From: Mytilus edulis
Taxonomy: Eukaryota
DNA length: 64,000 bases
Assembly (NCBI RefSeq): GCF_963676685.1
Contig: NC_092348.1
Span: 12,958,001 to 13,022,000, forward strand
Direction of reading: 5' to 3'
This document shows, in pieces, positions 52,601 to 64,000 of the stretch (positions are counted from its first letter, which is position 1; each line of letters begins with the position of its first letter). A program made the translations under genes and the position numbers. The notes beneath the pieces are model-generated. The model was not told the origin of the DNA. It did not search any database and saw only the letters and a list, made by a program, of their open reading frames with translations.

Positions 52601-55600
52601 AATAAGAATGAATAAAAGAAGAACGAATCTGAGGACATAACTTGTCCGCTCAAGCTCGCTTAAAACATGTGAAAATATATTTGGGTGGACAGAGGACGAA
52701 CAGGAAGAGCGGCGGGTCAAAATTAATAGTTCACAAACAGTGACCCCGACTATGGTTTGTAATGAGGCTCATATACATGACATATGTTCTTGAATAACAT
52801 ATTGCCCATGTATGCCCTAGACCACAATTTCTTGAAAGCTAAATTAACATTTTTTTGGGGAAAGAAAAGCACCATAGTTTTATAATATGTACATTGAAAT
52901 TACACATTTCATGTAATAGTTTGAACATATCGTGGGAAATTATATATAATTACTGATAGGTTTGTCTAGGTACTGTAGTTGTACTTTTAGGATCCTCAAT
53001 GCTCTTCAACGTTGTCCTTGTTTGGCTTTATAAATATTTTGATATGAGCGACACTGATGAGTCTTGTGTAGACGAAACGAGTGTCTGGCGTACTAAATTA
53101 TAATCCTGGTACCTTTGATAACTAATTATATACCATTTCTAAGATATAAAAAAAACACCTTTGACTAAAAAAAATTAAAATCACAAAAATACTGAACTTA
53201 GAGGAAAATCAATTTGGAAAGTTCATAATCACATGGGAAAATCAAATAACAAAACGCATTAAAAACGAATGGACAAGAACTGTCATATTCCTGACTTGGT
53301 ACAGGCATTTTCAAATTGTAGAAAATGGAATGCATACCTCAACTTCAAAACCACAGATCTGTATAAAATATTCGCTTGGCATGTTTGGTACAACTGCACA
53401 GGCTTGGAAAGCTGTATTGTTTTCAATGGCTTCTCGACAAAGTGACAGAGCACCGGATGACGAAATATTAACGAGCTCAGGTTGCTAAAAGAAAAATCCT
53501 ATAATTAGAATTCAATTTGAAAATACCTACCATAAACTATTCTATGCAGAAGATAAAATATTCAAAAACACATTAATGATTTTTTTCTTTATTTTACAGA
53601 ATTTCGTATTTATGTATTTAGTAATGAGACCACAAATAAAAAAGATGTTCGACTTGTGTTATTTTGTTAACAGGTGGCATTACTTATGTTATGAACAAAA
53701 TATTCGCATACTCCATTCTTAAGCGAAATCAAACGCACAAGTCATTTATTTTAAACAAAACCACAAGTCTTCCAGAGACTAAATTATTCATTTCTAAAAC
53801 CATACGCATAGCCTATCAATGCAATCACCCATGTAGAAACTATTTAAAACAAACAGAAACAAGAATGTGTCATAGTACACGGATGCCCAACTCGCACTAC
53901 GAATATATACATTCCAAGGACCGTGAAGTCGGGGTAAAAACTCTATTAAGCCAATAGCATTTAAAAGATCATATCATTGAGAAAATGTGTACTAAGTTTT
54001 ATGTTGATTGGCCTTCAACTTTATCAAAAAACTAGCTTGACCAAAAACTGAAATGGGACAGACGAACAGATGAACGAACAGACATACGGAAAAAAGAACG
54101 AACGAATGGACGAAATAACGAACGAACGAACGCACTCTTATACCAGACAAAAAATACCCCTCTGCTATTGTAGGTTAGGCATAAAACGATTTATTTTCAA
54201 CATTAATATGATTAAAAAAGTAGCTTACAAATATCATGGAATTTAGGTAGGTTCTGTTTTTAGTCGGAAGATTGAAATCTTCTACTGAACTCAGTTTGCA
54301 TGTAGACTGGCCTATCGTTTTATAATCGTTTTTATTGCTACATGGTACAGTTGATCTTGCTGAACATTCAAAATGATCGGAGATCGCTGCTGAAGGGCAA
54401 CTGCAATACTCATCATGGTTGGTCCATAAAGCAATCTGTTCGCCATTTGAGATATTGAATAGGTCATTACTACCGGATACTCTAAAAGAAGGTTTAATTG
54501 GATATGTCTTATCTTAACATAGAGTTGATAAATATGTAGAAAAAAAAGAATATATATAGATGTCCATGCAATTTCAGTATTGATATTAGTTTTTGCTGGA
54601 TTAAATTTCAACAATCATATTGTTATTTTTCGTTTCAATTTCCATACCTTGTCATAGATATGTTCATCATTGTAAAAGAAGATGATTAAAGCATTAACTA
54701 TACAAAGCATTATATTTGTTTGTTTTTTATAGTGATTTAGGTTGTAACACAATGTTGACTGCTGTACTCCAATTTTGACATTTTACCTAGTATGCCTGTT
54801 TGTTTTGTTAACATTTCGTTGTCAATATAGTAGAATTTTATGCGACATGCATATACAAGTGAGAGGTTTAGGGGTTTAATCCACCATTTTCTACATAGGA
54901 AAATGTCTGTACCAAGTCCGGGATATTTCAGGTTTTATCCATTTGATTGATATGTTTGATCTTTTGTTTTTGCCATTTGCTTAGGGACTTTCCCTTTAGA
55001 ATTTTCCTCGGAGCTCGGAATATCTGTTATCTACAATTGAAATAACATTATTCGACATTGTTCACTCAGAGCATTATTGAAAGTATCAGTATAATTTCAA
55101 GCAATCAATATCACTTTTTTCAATACTTAAAAACGGCTTTATAAGTATTTCTAATTGACATGCTCTTTGATCTAGAAGATATACCACATTTAAACAAACA
55201 AAATATTTAAATCAATACATACATGTAAATACATTTTTGAATTTGATAATAACCACAAACCTCCAGGAATCCGAAAACTTTTGTGAGATTGTATCAAGTA
55301 TTGCATCCGAACAAGTAACAGGTGAGAACTTGCCATCCGTTTCAGTTAGATCATCATCGCATTTGTCGTTGAGAGTACCACAAAGACCTTCTGTCATGTT
55401 TAAGTCAGTTTTTGATGCTCTGATTTCAACATCCATGAAAGTGTTCGTGCCAATGTACTGGATATTAACGGCTACCTCCGTACCAGTTGGAAAGGTAATC
55501 TACAATAAAAATATATAGTTTTCGAATTATTAAGTCTAAATTGAATAGTCTTATTGTAGATAAACTTGTTTTTAGAAATTGTAAATACAGGTTGGTTGCA

Positions 55601-58600
55601 GCAGGGTGTTTCGAATCATATATCTATTAGTGGACACAATGTGCGATCTAAGTACCAGCATATCTTATGAAGTCATTGATAATAGATTCAAGCAAACGAT
55701 GTGTTAACCATCAACCACATTCAGTATACAAAGTTACACTGGCAACGTTGATTTGTTTTGATTTTTTATTTATAAATTATTCAACAATTATAAAGTATAA
55801 AATAAGAGCAACTTCACAAAGTTTCTACATAGGATGCAATTTGTGTACTCATATGTAAAAACAATATCTAAAAAAGAAGAAATGTTTACAAATAAAATAA
55901 ACATATAAAATAAATATATGTTTCAATGATTAAACCATCATTAAAATACTTGCTTACAATGTTGTAATCTTAAGTAAGCACTCATAGCTTACCTTATATT
56001 TTTTATTGTCTTTAGAACGAGTGGTAACGTCTAAAAGTTTTTGTTGACACGACATATATTGTATAATGCTCTTCCCATCACAGAAGTCAAATACATACAC
56101 ATCTCCTCCAGCCCTGACAGCAACTCCACAAATACAATGAACGCCTCTTGTTTCGTCACATTGTGTAAGCTTAACTTGTACCTATTAATATTGGCGGGAA
56201 TGCAGCAAAATGTATTAAATAATGAATTTAGTTGTTACATATGTAATTTTATTTGAAGAATCTTCAATTCTATAAAGGTACAAAAAAATGTGAATTAATG
56301 AAAAGTATATCATTTATTTAGAGTAGCATTGAACCATAGAACAAACAGTTGTTTTGTTAATTTTCAGTGTAGATATAAAAATAAAATGGTTTGAGTTTCC
56401 GTTAATGGGACAGAAAAACCATGACAGAAAAATGCAGGCAGGCCTTTTTAAAATAATCTACAATAGACAAAGCTATCTTTATTTTGCAAAACCATTTACT
56501 TAAAAAAACAACGTTAGCAATAATGACCAAAGACGAACACTGACGATAGTTCGAACACAAGACAGACAAGTGCGAGTATCCGATTGTAAAATCGTATAAC
56601 TTGCAAATTTATACCAGCTTTACGTATTGAAAAAAATATTTTCCAAAAGGGTGATTGGTTTAAAGAAATATGAACACCTTAATATTCTTTCTACTGGATG
56701 ATGAAACCTTGACAAATTGAGGCGGAGTGGGGTGTTTTCAAAGTTTTCACTCAGGTCCGTTCAGAAAGGGAATGTATAATCCGATGCATCGTGTAAAGAG
56801 AGTTTGGTTCTCTGTTTGTTAAAGACCCATTACAACAACTCTTTTAGGTGTGTGCGTTTGCCTAGGCCTACTGCAAGGCAAAATGTCTATCCCTTTTAAG
56901 CAAACCACTATTTTCCAGTGTCACTCTCCTGTCTTTCATCCCAACCAATTGTTTCCTGTTCTTAAAGTGCATACAATAACTGTCACTAGGCGTAATGTAA
57001 TCAATTATCAATCAATCAATCCATTCAAACATTTCAGTTGAAGGGATAAAATGTTCATATATCTTAAGATAATAGCATTACGAAACTTATGCTAATAAAT
57101 TTTGCTATAATTTCACTTTCTGTATATATCAAAACATACATGTATGTGGTTTAACTTTACAAGAATTTTTCTAGCAAAACTATGTAAATGGTGAATATGC
57201 AAATGTCTCTCAGTCCATAAAGTATAAACCATTTTATTCAGTTTAAAGGACAAGCTAATATCGTACCATCATATTTCTTTCTTTTAGTCTGTTATTGTAC
57301 ATAGTAAATGTTCCTTGGTTTGGTTGTACATAGTGCCTATGATATAACGATAAATAAAATTTAATAATTAGTATTCAAGGCATTATCTGAAGAAATCCAA
57401 TGCATGTATTCAGTAAGAACGGAGTTAAAAAAATACATACTTAATAAAGACACATAAATAATAAATCGCAATATCATTTTTTTTTTCAAAGATTTTTTTT
57501 AACCCACATGATCATGATAAGAACATGCTAATTTTCAAATACCATCATTAATTTAAGTTTGAAAATACACTTGCATCTTTCAAAAATAGTTATTTATTAT
57601 ATTTAAAATAAAGTTCTTCATAAAATATGAATAATTTAACATACAATCCGTCAAACGTTGTAAAATGGACATTATATGCTGAGCATACTCTTTCCTGCAA
57701 TTCAACTTTACTATCGTGGACATGCACCTAAAACACAATAAGCATTTGAATATTTATAAAATATTTTGTCTTAAATTTGTTTTCTACACAATTGTTTTCC
57801 TTTTTTAAATGTTTGTTTTCAACGTCTCTTTTAATTGTTTTCGATTTTGTTGATAAATTGTATGTTTTACAATAACTTTATTTACCCTTTATTTAAGAAG
57901 AGTTTTTGTAGTTGTTTCCATTTAATTAATTTTCACGACGAAGCTAGCGGAAATAGATAAATTTATCTGAGAGTAACATGAACATGTGCTAAATCAGTAA
58001 GTTTTTTTTTCCCCCGAAACTTTGAACTATATTTGATCTTTTGTAAGGCTGTACAGTGTGTAAATTATCAGTTCTTTTTCATTTCAAATTGGTTAAACAG
58101 GTCTACATATTATCATCAACTAATCATGCCTGTCAATGGTAGCTTTTCATATTGTCAGGTAAAGGATATACAAGTCTACACGAAATATTGGCAAAGGAAA
58201 CAGTTTGTGTAAAAAATGTGTAATAATAGAATCAAATCGGTAATATTCAAATAGTATATGACTTTCGAACAGCGATATACTATACTGTTGTCTTTATTTT
58301 CCTCCTTCTACCTTCATTTTTTTGTGTATTATAATATTTCAATGAATGGGAAACATAAATTTAAATATTAAGATCATGGACAACGAACATTTGAATAAAC
58401 AAAACAAAAAACTCGGTAATAATTTGAAGTAAATATTTTTAAATAAATTTTTCTTTTTAATGTTGTTTAATGTTATTACTCACTTTAATTTCAGGAATTT
58501 TAGTTGTATCCCATAAGGGATGATCTGCACTTGATGTTTTAAGTTTCATTGATATTTGTACTGGATAAACACCATACATTTGTCGTCCCCTATGTTTGAT

Positions 58601-61600
58601 GGCCAATTTCCTTGGTGAACTCCATGAGTCTCGCCATATCTTTACTCTACAGTGTTCCAAGTTAACTATATCTCCGTAACATTGATCGCTTGTCGTATAG
58701 TCGGGAGAAAGCATATTCAGTTCAATGAAGCACGGAAGAGTTCTGTTATTAAATGAAAGGCATCCAAAAGGAACTGATAGGTTATAACTGATTTCTGCTG
58801 AACCTCCTTTCTGGACAGTCATTAATTCAGTAATCTACAAGAAAAAATGTTAGCTAATTAAACTCAATAGTCATAAGTGTTTTTTAGTATTGATTTGTTG
58901 TTTGTTGTTTGTCCTTTCATTGTGTTTTGTTTTTCGGTATGTATTCCTTGACCCTTTGACTTATGCGTTTTGACCGTCTCCGTGGTTATCCGCCATTTTC
59001 ACAATAGAATTCACGCACAGCTCGTGATCTTAAATAACCTGCATGGTTTCAACGGAGATAAAAGTACATAGAAGTTCAAATATTTAATCATCTAAATTCA
59101 GCAGTTTACACAATTGTGCAAAAGGAAGCGACACCTCTGCTGCCAAAATATTTGCAGCTCTCACGTGAATATAAATCACTACTTCCATGCAATGTCAATC
59201 TTGCTGCAACTTATGTTTGAATGAAACGGTTCGATGACTAGTGAACATAAATTTTGTTTTAGATTTCCTGTTTCATTTGACAAAACTCTAAGCCTCAACA
59301 TCTTGTAGCATGCATTAAACGGAAATATGGGCGCGAATAACACCATCACCGTTAAATCAGGATGGGATTCTGTTTGTGACAAAATTATTAAAATGTAACT
59401 AATCTTCCGACCATTTTATTTTCTGTATAGATAAATGCCTTTACTAAGTCAGGAATGTGACAGTTGACAATTATTTTGATGTGTACGAGCATTTGATTGT
59501 GTCATTTGATCAGAGAAATTTCCAATTTGATATTTCCTTGTGGTTTGCTTATTTTGTTATTTTGCATATTAGAAACTATGACGAGTGTTAACGAAATACC
59601 AGATTGTAGTTGTTATTAACTTACATAAATACCAGCAAAGAACGGTTGGCATGTAAAAACTGTACCATTTTGATCCTCGGGTGAATGTTTCCCACGAAGC
59701 GTGCATGAAATCTGATAAAAAATAAGCGATAATAATATAACTCATATTAGAAAAACGCTTCAATCTAAATTCAGATATAAAATTTAAAAAAAATACTGTT
59801 AAGTTCCATCTTGGTTTTTTTTAAATCATAAGTATTAGAATACTGTAAAAAGAAATAAAAAAAAAGTAATACAAACGAAATCAGTTTGTGGAATCGGGGA
59901 TATTCATAATTTCATTGTTTATATTTATGTTTAGTAATTTATAATGTAGTTCAGGTTTGAAATTAAAGATTCTTCTTTTTTTAACTGGTTGGAATAACAA
60001 AAAATCATTTATTTAAGGAGTTTTCAATTTCAAAGATGAACACTAAAATCATGTACATTATGTAAATTACTTTCTTTCGTTAATTATGAATTTAAAACAG
60101 GTTAATGTCACCAATACACATGGAGTGTCAATAAGATTTGATCTAGGTGTACAATTTGTTACATGGTGTCTTTTACCCAGTGCAAAAGAAATGGGCAAAA
60201 GACTTTAGAGTTTCACAAGTTAGGAGTAATTGAAAAAAGTAAAATCACAAAAATACTGAACTGAGAGGAAAATCAATTCGGAAAGTCCATAATCACATAG
60301 AAAACAGCAGGAGTTGAGTTTTAACGAAACGGTGAGATTGAATTAAGAATTTCTACTTTTATCGGTTGATATTCAATTGGATTTATTTGTTTATGTTCAT
60401 AGCAAGCTAGTTCAAAGCCAATAGCAATTAATGATAAAAAAAAATCATGCATCAGAGACCAAAATCAACTGAAACACATCCCAGGGAAAAGAAAAATCAC
60501 AAAAAATACTGAATTCAGAGGAAAATCAATTCGGAAAGTCCATAATCACTTGGCAAAATCAAATAACAAAACGCATCAAAAACGAAGAACAAGAACTGTC
60601 ATATTCCTGACTTCGTACAGGCATTTTCAAATGTAGAAAATGGTGGATTGAACCTGGTTTTATAGCTAGCTAAACCTCTCACTTGTATGACAGTCGCATC
60701 AAATTCCATTATATTGTCACCGATGCGTGAACAAAACAAACAGACACAGATGCCAATAGGTAAAAATGTCAAAAACAGGGGTACAGCAGTCAACATTGTG
60801 TTATCATCTTAATCACTATACAAACAACAATTGTAACGAAGAAGCACAAAAATGCATACATCAAATTAACATCCTCATTTTGATTATATTATATTATAGA
60901 CCCCAAGGGTGACTGGGGTATAGAAATATTGTCACTTGGTCTTCTCCCGACCGGCAGTAAAACGCTTACTGAAGTGGGGCGTCCGTTTGGCTGTGCGGGA
61001 TGTATCAAGTTTGCAGTCACGTCCGTCAGAAGGGGACGTTAAATCCGATGCCTCGTGTAAAGAGAGTGCCACGCTCTTTGCACGTTAAGAACCCTTGCAA
61101 CAACTCTTTGAGGGGTCCGTATGTGGCCTGTTGCAAGGCAAAATTTCTGTCCCTATCCAATATACCCTCATTTTCCAGTGGCAGTCCAAATTTCCCCGAC
61201 CATCATCCTAGATGGCCTCTGTCACAACAACCTACCTATTGTATTTATTGTGAACTTGTTCTCGTCCTGAATATGCATGAAATATTTGCCACTGGACGTT
61301 AAACAACCAACAATCAATCAAATCAATCAATTGATTATATAATACGATTTTATTTGTCTATGTAAAATGAACCCATCAAAGAAGAGGGTTTTGAGTACTG
61401 GTGTAAAATTGCGCGTATGAAATTCGCACAAGTAGACATGAAATAATTTTGTCGTTCAAAGTATGACGTGATGCATAAATACAGTCACGCAAAATAGATA
61501 TAACAAAAACTGACTTAACAGTTAAAATAATAATAATAGATAAAATAATAATGTGGTTCAAAGTATGACAGGATACACTAGTACAGAGTCACGTTAAATG

Positions 61601-62756
61601 TATATCACAAAAAAGTTGGTTAATAGTAAAAGTAATACTAATAAATAAAATAATGCAGTGTTGAATATTTCCTCGAACCTTTCATATACATGTTGACCAA
61701 ATACAATGCATTATCACATACAGATCAATAGCATTTACCACCAAATATGTTATTCAAAGAATATGACTGTCGTATTTAATTATGATCATCTCTGCAATTC
61801 CTTGCATTAGTTTCTGTGTTTTTGTAGCAAACTTCATTTTGGATGGGCACATAAATTCAATACCAGATGTTTAGTCCTTTGAATGTTACAGAATTCTTGA
61901 AACAACGCTCCGAATTGTCAAAGGTGTCAAACATTAAGGGAGTTTGTTTTTCAGTCTCAAAATAGTAAGCTTTTCAAAACACTAGGGTATATTTTGGTAG
62001 GCAGTTAATAAAGGAATCAAAAAGGCAACAACAATATATTTGTCAATGTGCTTGTTTTCAAGATATTATCTATTACAATTTTGGCGGGAAAATGTTCTCT
62101 TTTGAATTTTCATAGCTTTATCAGTGACAAATGTAAGTTCTCAAAAACTGTTAAAAAAATGATTAATTTTATTACACTTTTACAGATGGCTTATCATTTT
62201 ACATGTAAACGATTCACGATTTATAAATAGACAAATGGGGGTCAATGAACATTTTTTTAAGGCATTCAAATGAATAAAATCAGAGTATTCCGTAAATCTG
62301 GCAAAATTTCCATATTTGACAAGCAAGTATCCTTAATTCCTTTCAGTCTTCATGATGTTTGGCATGCAAAAAACAGATGTCTTACATTACTGGCTGTTTT
62401 TATGCTATAAAATAGTTATTTGGAAAGGTTTATAAATTCAAACTTTAATTTCTCATAGGAAAAAATGAAATCGTAGGAACTCTAATATAGGTTGTATTTT
62501 ATTTATTTTATACTTGCATTAGTTCCAAGTGAGTGGAAATGGGTTTCTGTTAACCAAAGGTTTTTCATATTGTTGACACCACTTTTCAGTATTAAAGTCT
62601 GATTTCTGCCCCATGTCCATTTTACTTCATAAAACTTGTAAAAAAGTTTGCTAAAATCCATAACGCATTCAAAGTATAAACGTTCTACATCAACATTCAT
62701 ATTTGTCTGATGTACCTTCAGAAGAGCTGCTCGAACATGAGGTACTAAAACTGATT
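46634..62756 (-). CDS. von Willebrand factor D and EGF domain-containing type I membrane protein (VWDE-like), 5'-partial. Exons 62756-62518, 59711-59625, 58834-58484, 57727-57645, 57336-57267, 56181-55993, 55499-55261, 54481-54229, 53484-53338, 52576-52387, 51944-51754, 51300-51034, 50647-50420, 50218-50104, 47688-47541, 46712-46634
   Basis: 16 exons join in one open frame (about 958 codons) with consistent phases. VWD motifs (CSAYNVHFTTFDG, CICGVAVRAGGDV, TEGLCG), EGF (CPGLPECSGNGKCDHGLCVCNEGFMSHDCS), KQKR furin-like site, Cys-rich C-x-I-D-x-x-C repeats, TM helix LGLILLGSIGSVVILFIVGFIV, short cytoplasmic tail. Confidence 0.87.
48334..50090 (+). mobile_element. Non-autonomous HINE/Pearl-like element interrupted by an RT fragment
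   Basis: Begins aactagaggctctcaagagcct (short hairpin) and ends with a (gac)n/acgg microsatellite; typical bivalve MITE-like layout. Boundaries approximate. Confidence 0.5.
48560..49630 (+). pseudogene. Penelope-like reverse transcriptase fragment
   Basis: IKTFDFSTLYT, QTIGIPMSTNCAPLLADLFL, FRYIDD, SYLD, IYDKSDDFNFPIVNF; stops downstream. Confidence 0.85.
52985..53125 (+). mobile_element. Retrozyme-like repeat (family 1) fragment with hammerhead core, intronic
   Basis: gcgacaCTGATGAgtcttgtgtagacGAAAcgagtgTCtggcgt; core intact, stems I and III carry mismatches. Confidence 0.75.
53848..54185 (+). mobile_element. HINE/Pearl-like non-autonomous element remnant
   Basis: aaacaagaatgtgtc start, (acga)n microsatellite, terminal imperfect hairpin before ataaaa. 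Confidence 0.45.
56700..57022 (+). mobile_element. Degenerate Deu/Nin-domain SINE copy
   Basis: Homologous to 60899-61330 (aatccgatgc.tcgtgtaaagagag, caacaactcttt, tgcaaggcaaaat), with (aatc)n tail. Confidence 0.65.
60490..60890 (-). repeat. Abundant dispersed repeat (aaaatcacaaaaatactgaac...cctgacttggtacaggc family)
   Basis: Copies at 45225-45600, 53177-53330, 54740-55020 (reverse), 60240-60297 and 2965-3130 (reverse). Confidence 0.75.
60899..61330 (+). mobile_element. 5'-truncated SINE with Deu/Nin-like central domain
   Basis: ggacgttaaatccg...gcacgttaagaaccc core, (caat)n tail, flanking duplication ttgattatat (60880-60889 and 61331-61340). Nested inside another dispersed repeat (60490-61640). 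Confidence 0.7.
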
Positions 62757-64000
62757 CTAATAACGAAAAATGTCAATATAGTTCATTTAAATAAATATAT
62801 TAAACATATATATAACTTTCCTCACTACTTATGTAAGTAAACTAAGACTATCGGATTGCTGACTTATTCGTAATTCATATCATAGCAAAACATATAACGA
62901 AATCCAATTAACCTGAAATTTGAAGGTTTTTGTGTTTAAGTTGCTGTCATATTGACGAGTGATCATATTTCTATTGAGAAATTGCAACACTTGTCAATAC
63001 CTTATTCGTACCTTAACCTTATTCAACAATATAATCACTAAAGTCATGTCTGTAATGAAGCACTAGCTAATGGTTGAATTATTATAGGGGACATCCTTCA
63101 ACAGTTAGAAAAAAACAACCTATAGTCGACTTTAAAGGCTCCGACATGAAAATATGACACAATGCAACTGTGAAAATTAACGATCTAATATAAACATAGT
63201 AACGAAAATCAAATATATCTGACAAGCACCAACGACAACCACTGAACAATATGCATGTATGCACCAAAAATATTTATAACATGTCTTGCTAATTTATGAT
63301 AAGCCCAGTTCCGCATCCACAATGAAAAGAGAATATTAATTTGTTCTGATTTACTGACGATCTATACTGGTTTCAAAATATGCTCCTGAGATGCTCTTTG
63401 TATTTAAAGCAACTATAAGATGTACGTATCTCATATCTTCGGGAATAACGCTCCGCAGATAAGAGAGGTTTACATGTGAATTAAATTTTCTTCTTCTGAA
63501 AAAAGCAATTAGTTTTGGTAAAAAGGAAAAGCGTTAATATCTGATACTTTCTGGATGCAGTATTACTATCTGAAGTTGTTTTATTGTTGGATATTTAACA
63601 AGGTTTTATTTAAGAACATTTTCAGATATATACGTTATAAAGATATAAACACACATCAATTACCATTAAATGACCAACTTATCTGACTTTTCAGAGGTTC
63701 GCAATATTCCTCGTCTTTTTGAGGATTGCGATCATTAAGACTGTAACATGTGTAGTTAATAAAACATTCATTCTGAAAAAAAGAAAAGAACTATTGAAAG
63801 ATCTATATCATCGTAATAATTTAAATGGTTAAAACACTACTCTACATGTATTGTCGACGACCGTAACATGTTAACTTCTATATCTTTTATATTTTTGTGT
63901 GGTTTGATTGCTGTATCAAAGACAAATAACCAACATAACTTTCTTTGAATACCTTAAACAAATTTTAGCTGCTGGTTAATATTTGATATGTCAACCATAT

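Noticed and set aside
63350-63495. Further upstream exon of the VWDE-like gene
   Set aside because: An acceptor and open frame exist but the donor and phase are ambiguous, so it was not included in the model.

Overview
AT-rich animal genomic DNA with introns, most likely a bivalve (Mytilus-like, inferred from its repeat families); no prokaryotic features. Three host genes lie on the minus strand: a single-exon 976-aa multi-pass membrane protein (4861-7791), a five-coding-exon TIMP/NTR-type secreted protein assembled by hand (27830-31569, 186 aa), and the 3' 16 exons of a VWD+EGF (VWDE-like) type I membrane protein (46634 to >62756). Mobile DNA includes a very young, complete BEL/Pao LTR retrotransposon (13853-21043, 781-bp LTRs, ATGTA target duplication, one premature stop in integrase), a decayed CR1/L2-type LINE, Penelope-like RT fragments, two families of hammerhead-ribozyme (retrozyme-like) repeats, Deu-domain SINEs, MITE/HINE-like elements and minisatellites. 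The most unusual object is a 4.3 x 443-bp tandem array (25649-27548) sitting inside a (TA)n tract. Each unit has a tRNA-like Pol III A/B-box head preceded by a T5-6 run. The head-to-T-run sequence (about 440 nt) folds back on itself end-to-end with several G-U pairs, leaving an unpaired (UA)4U loop. This suggests a structured, possibly circular, microsatellite-targeting mobile RNA in which I could not find a ribozyme.
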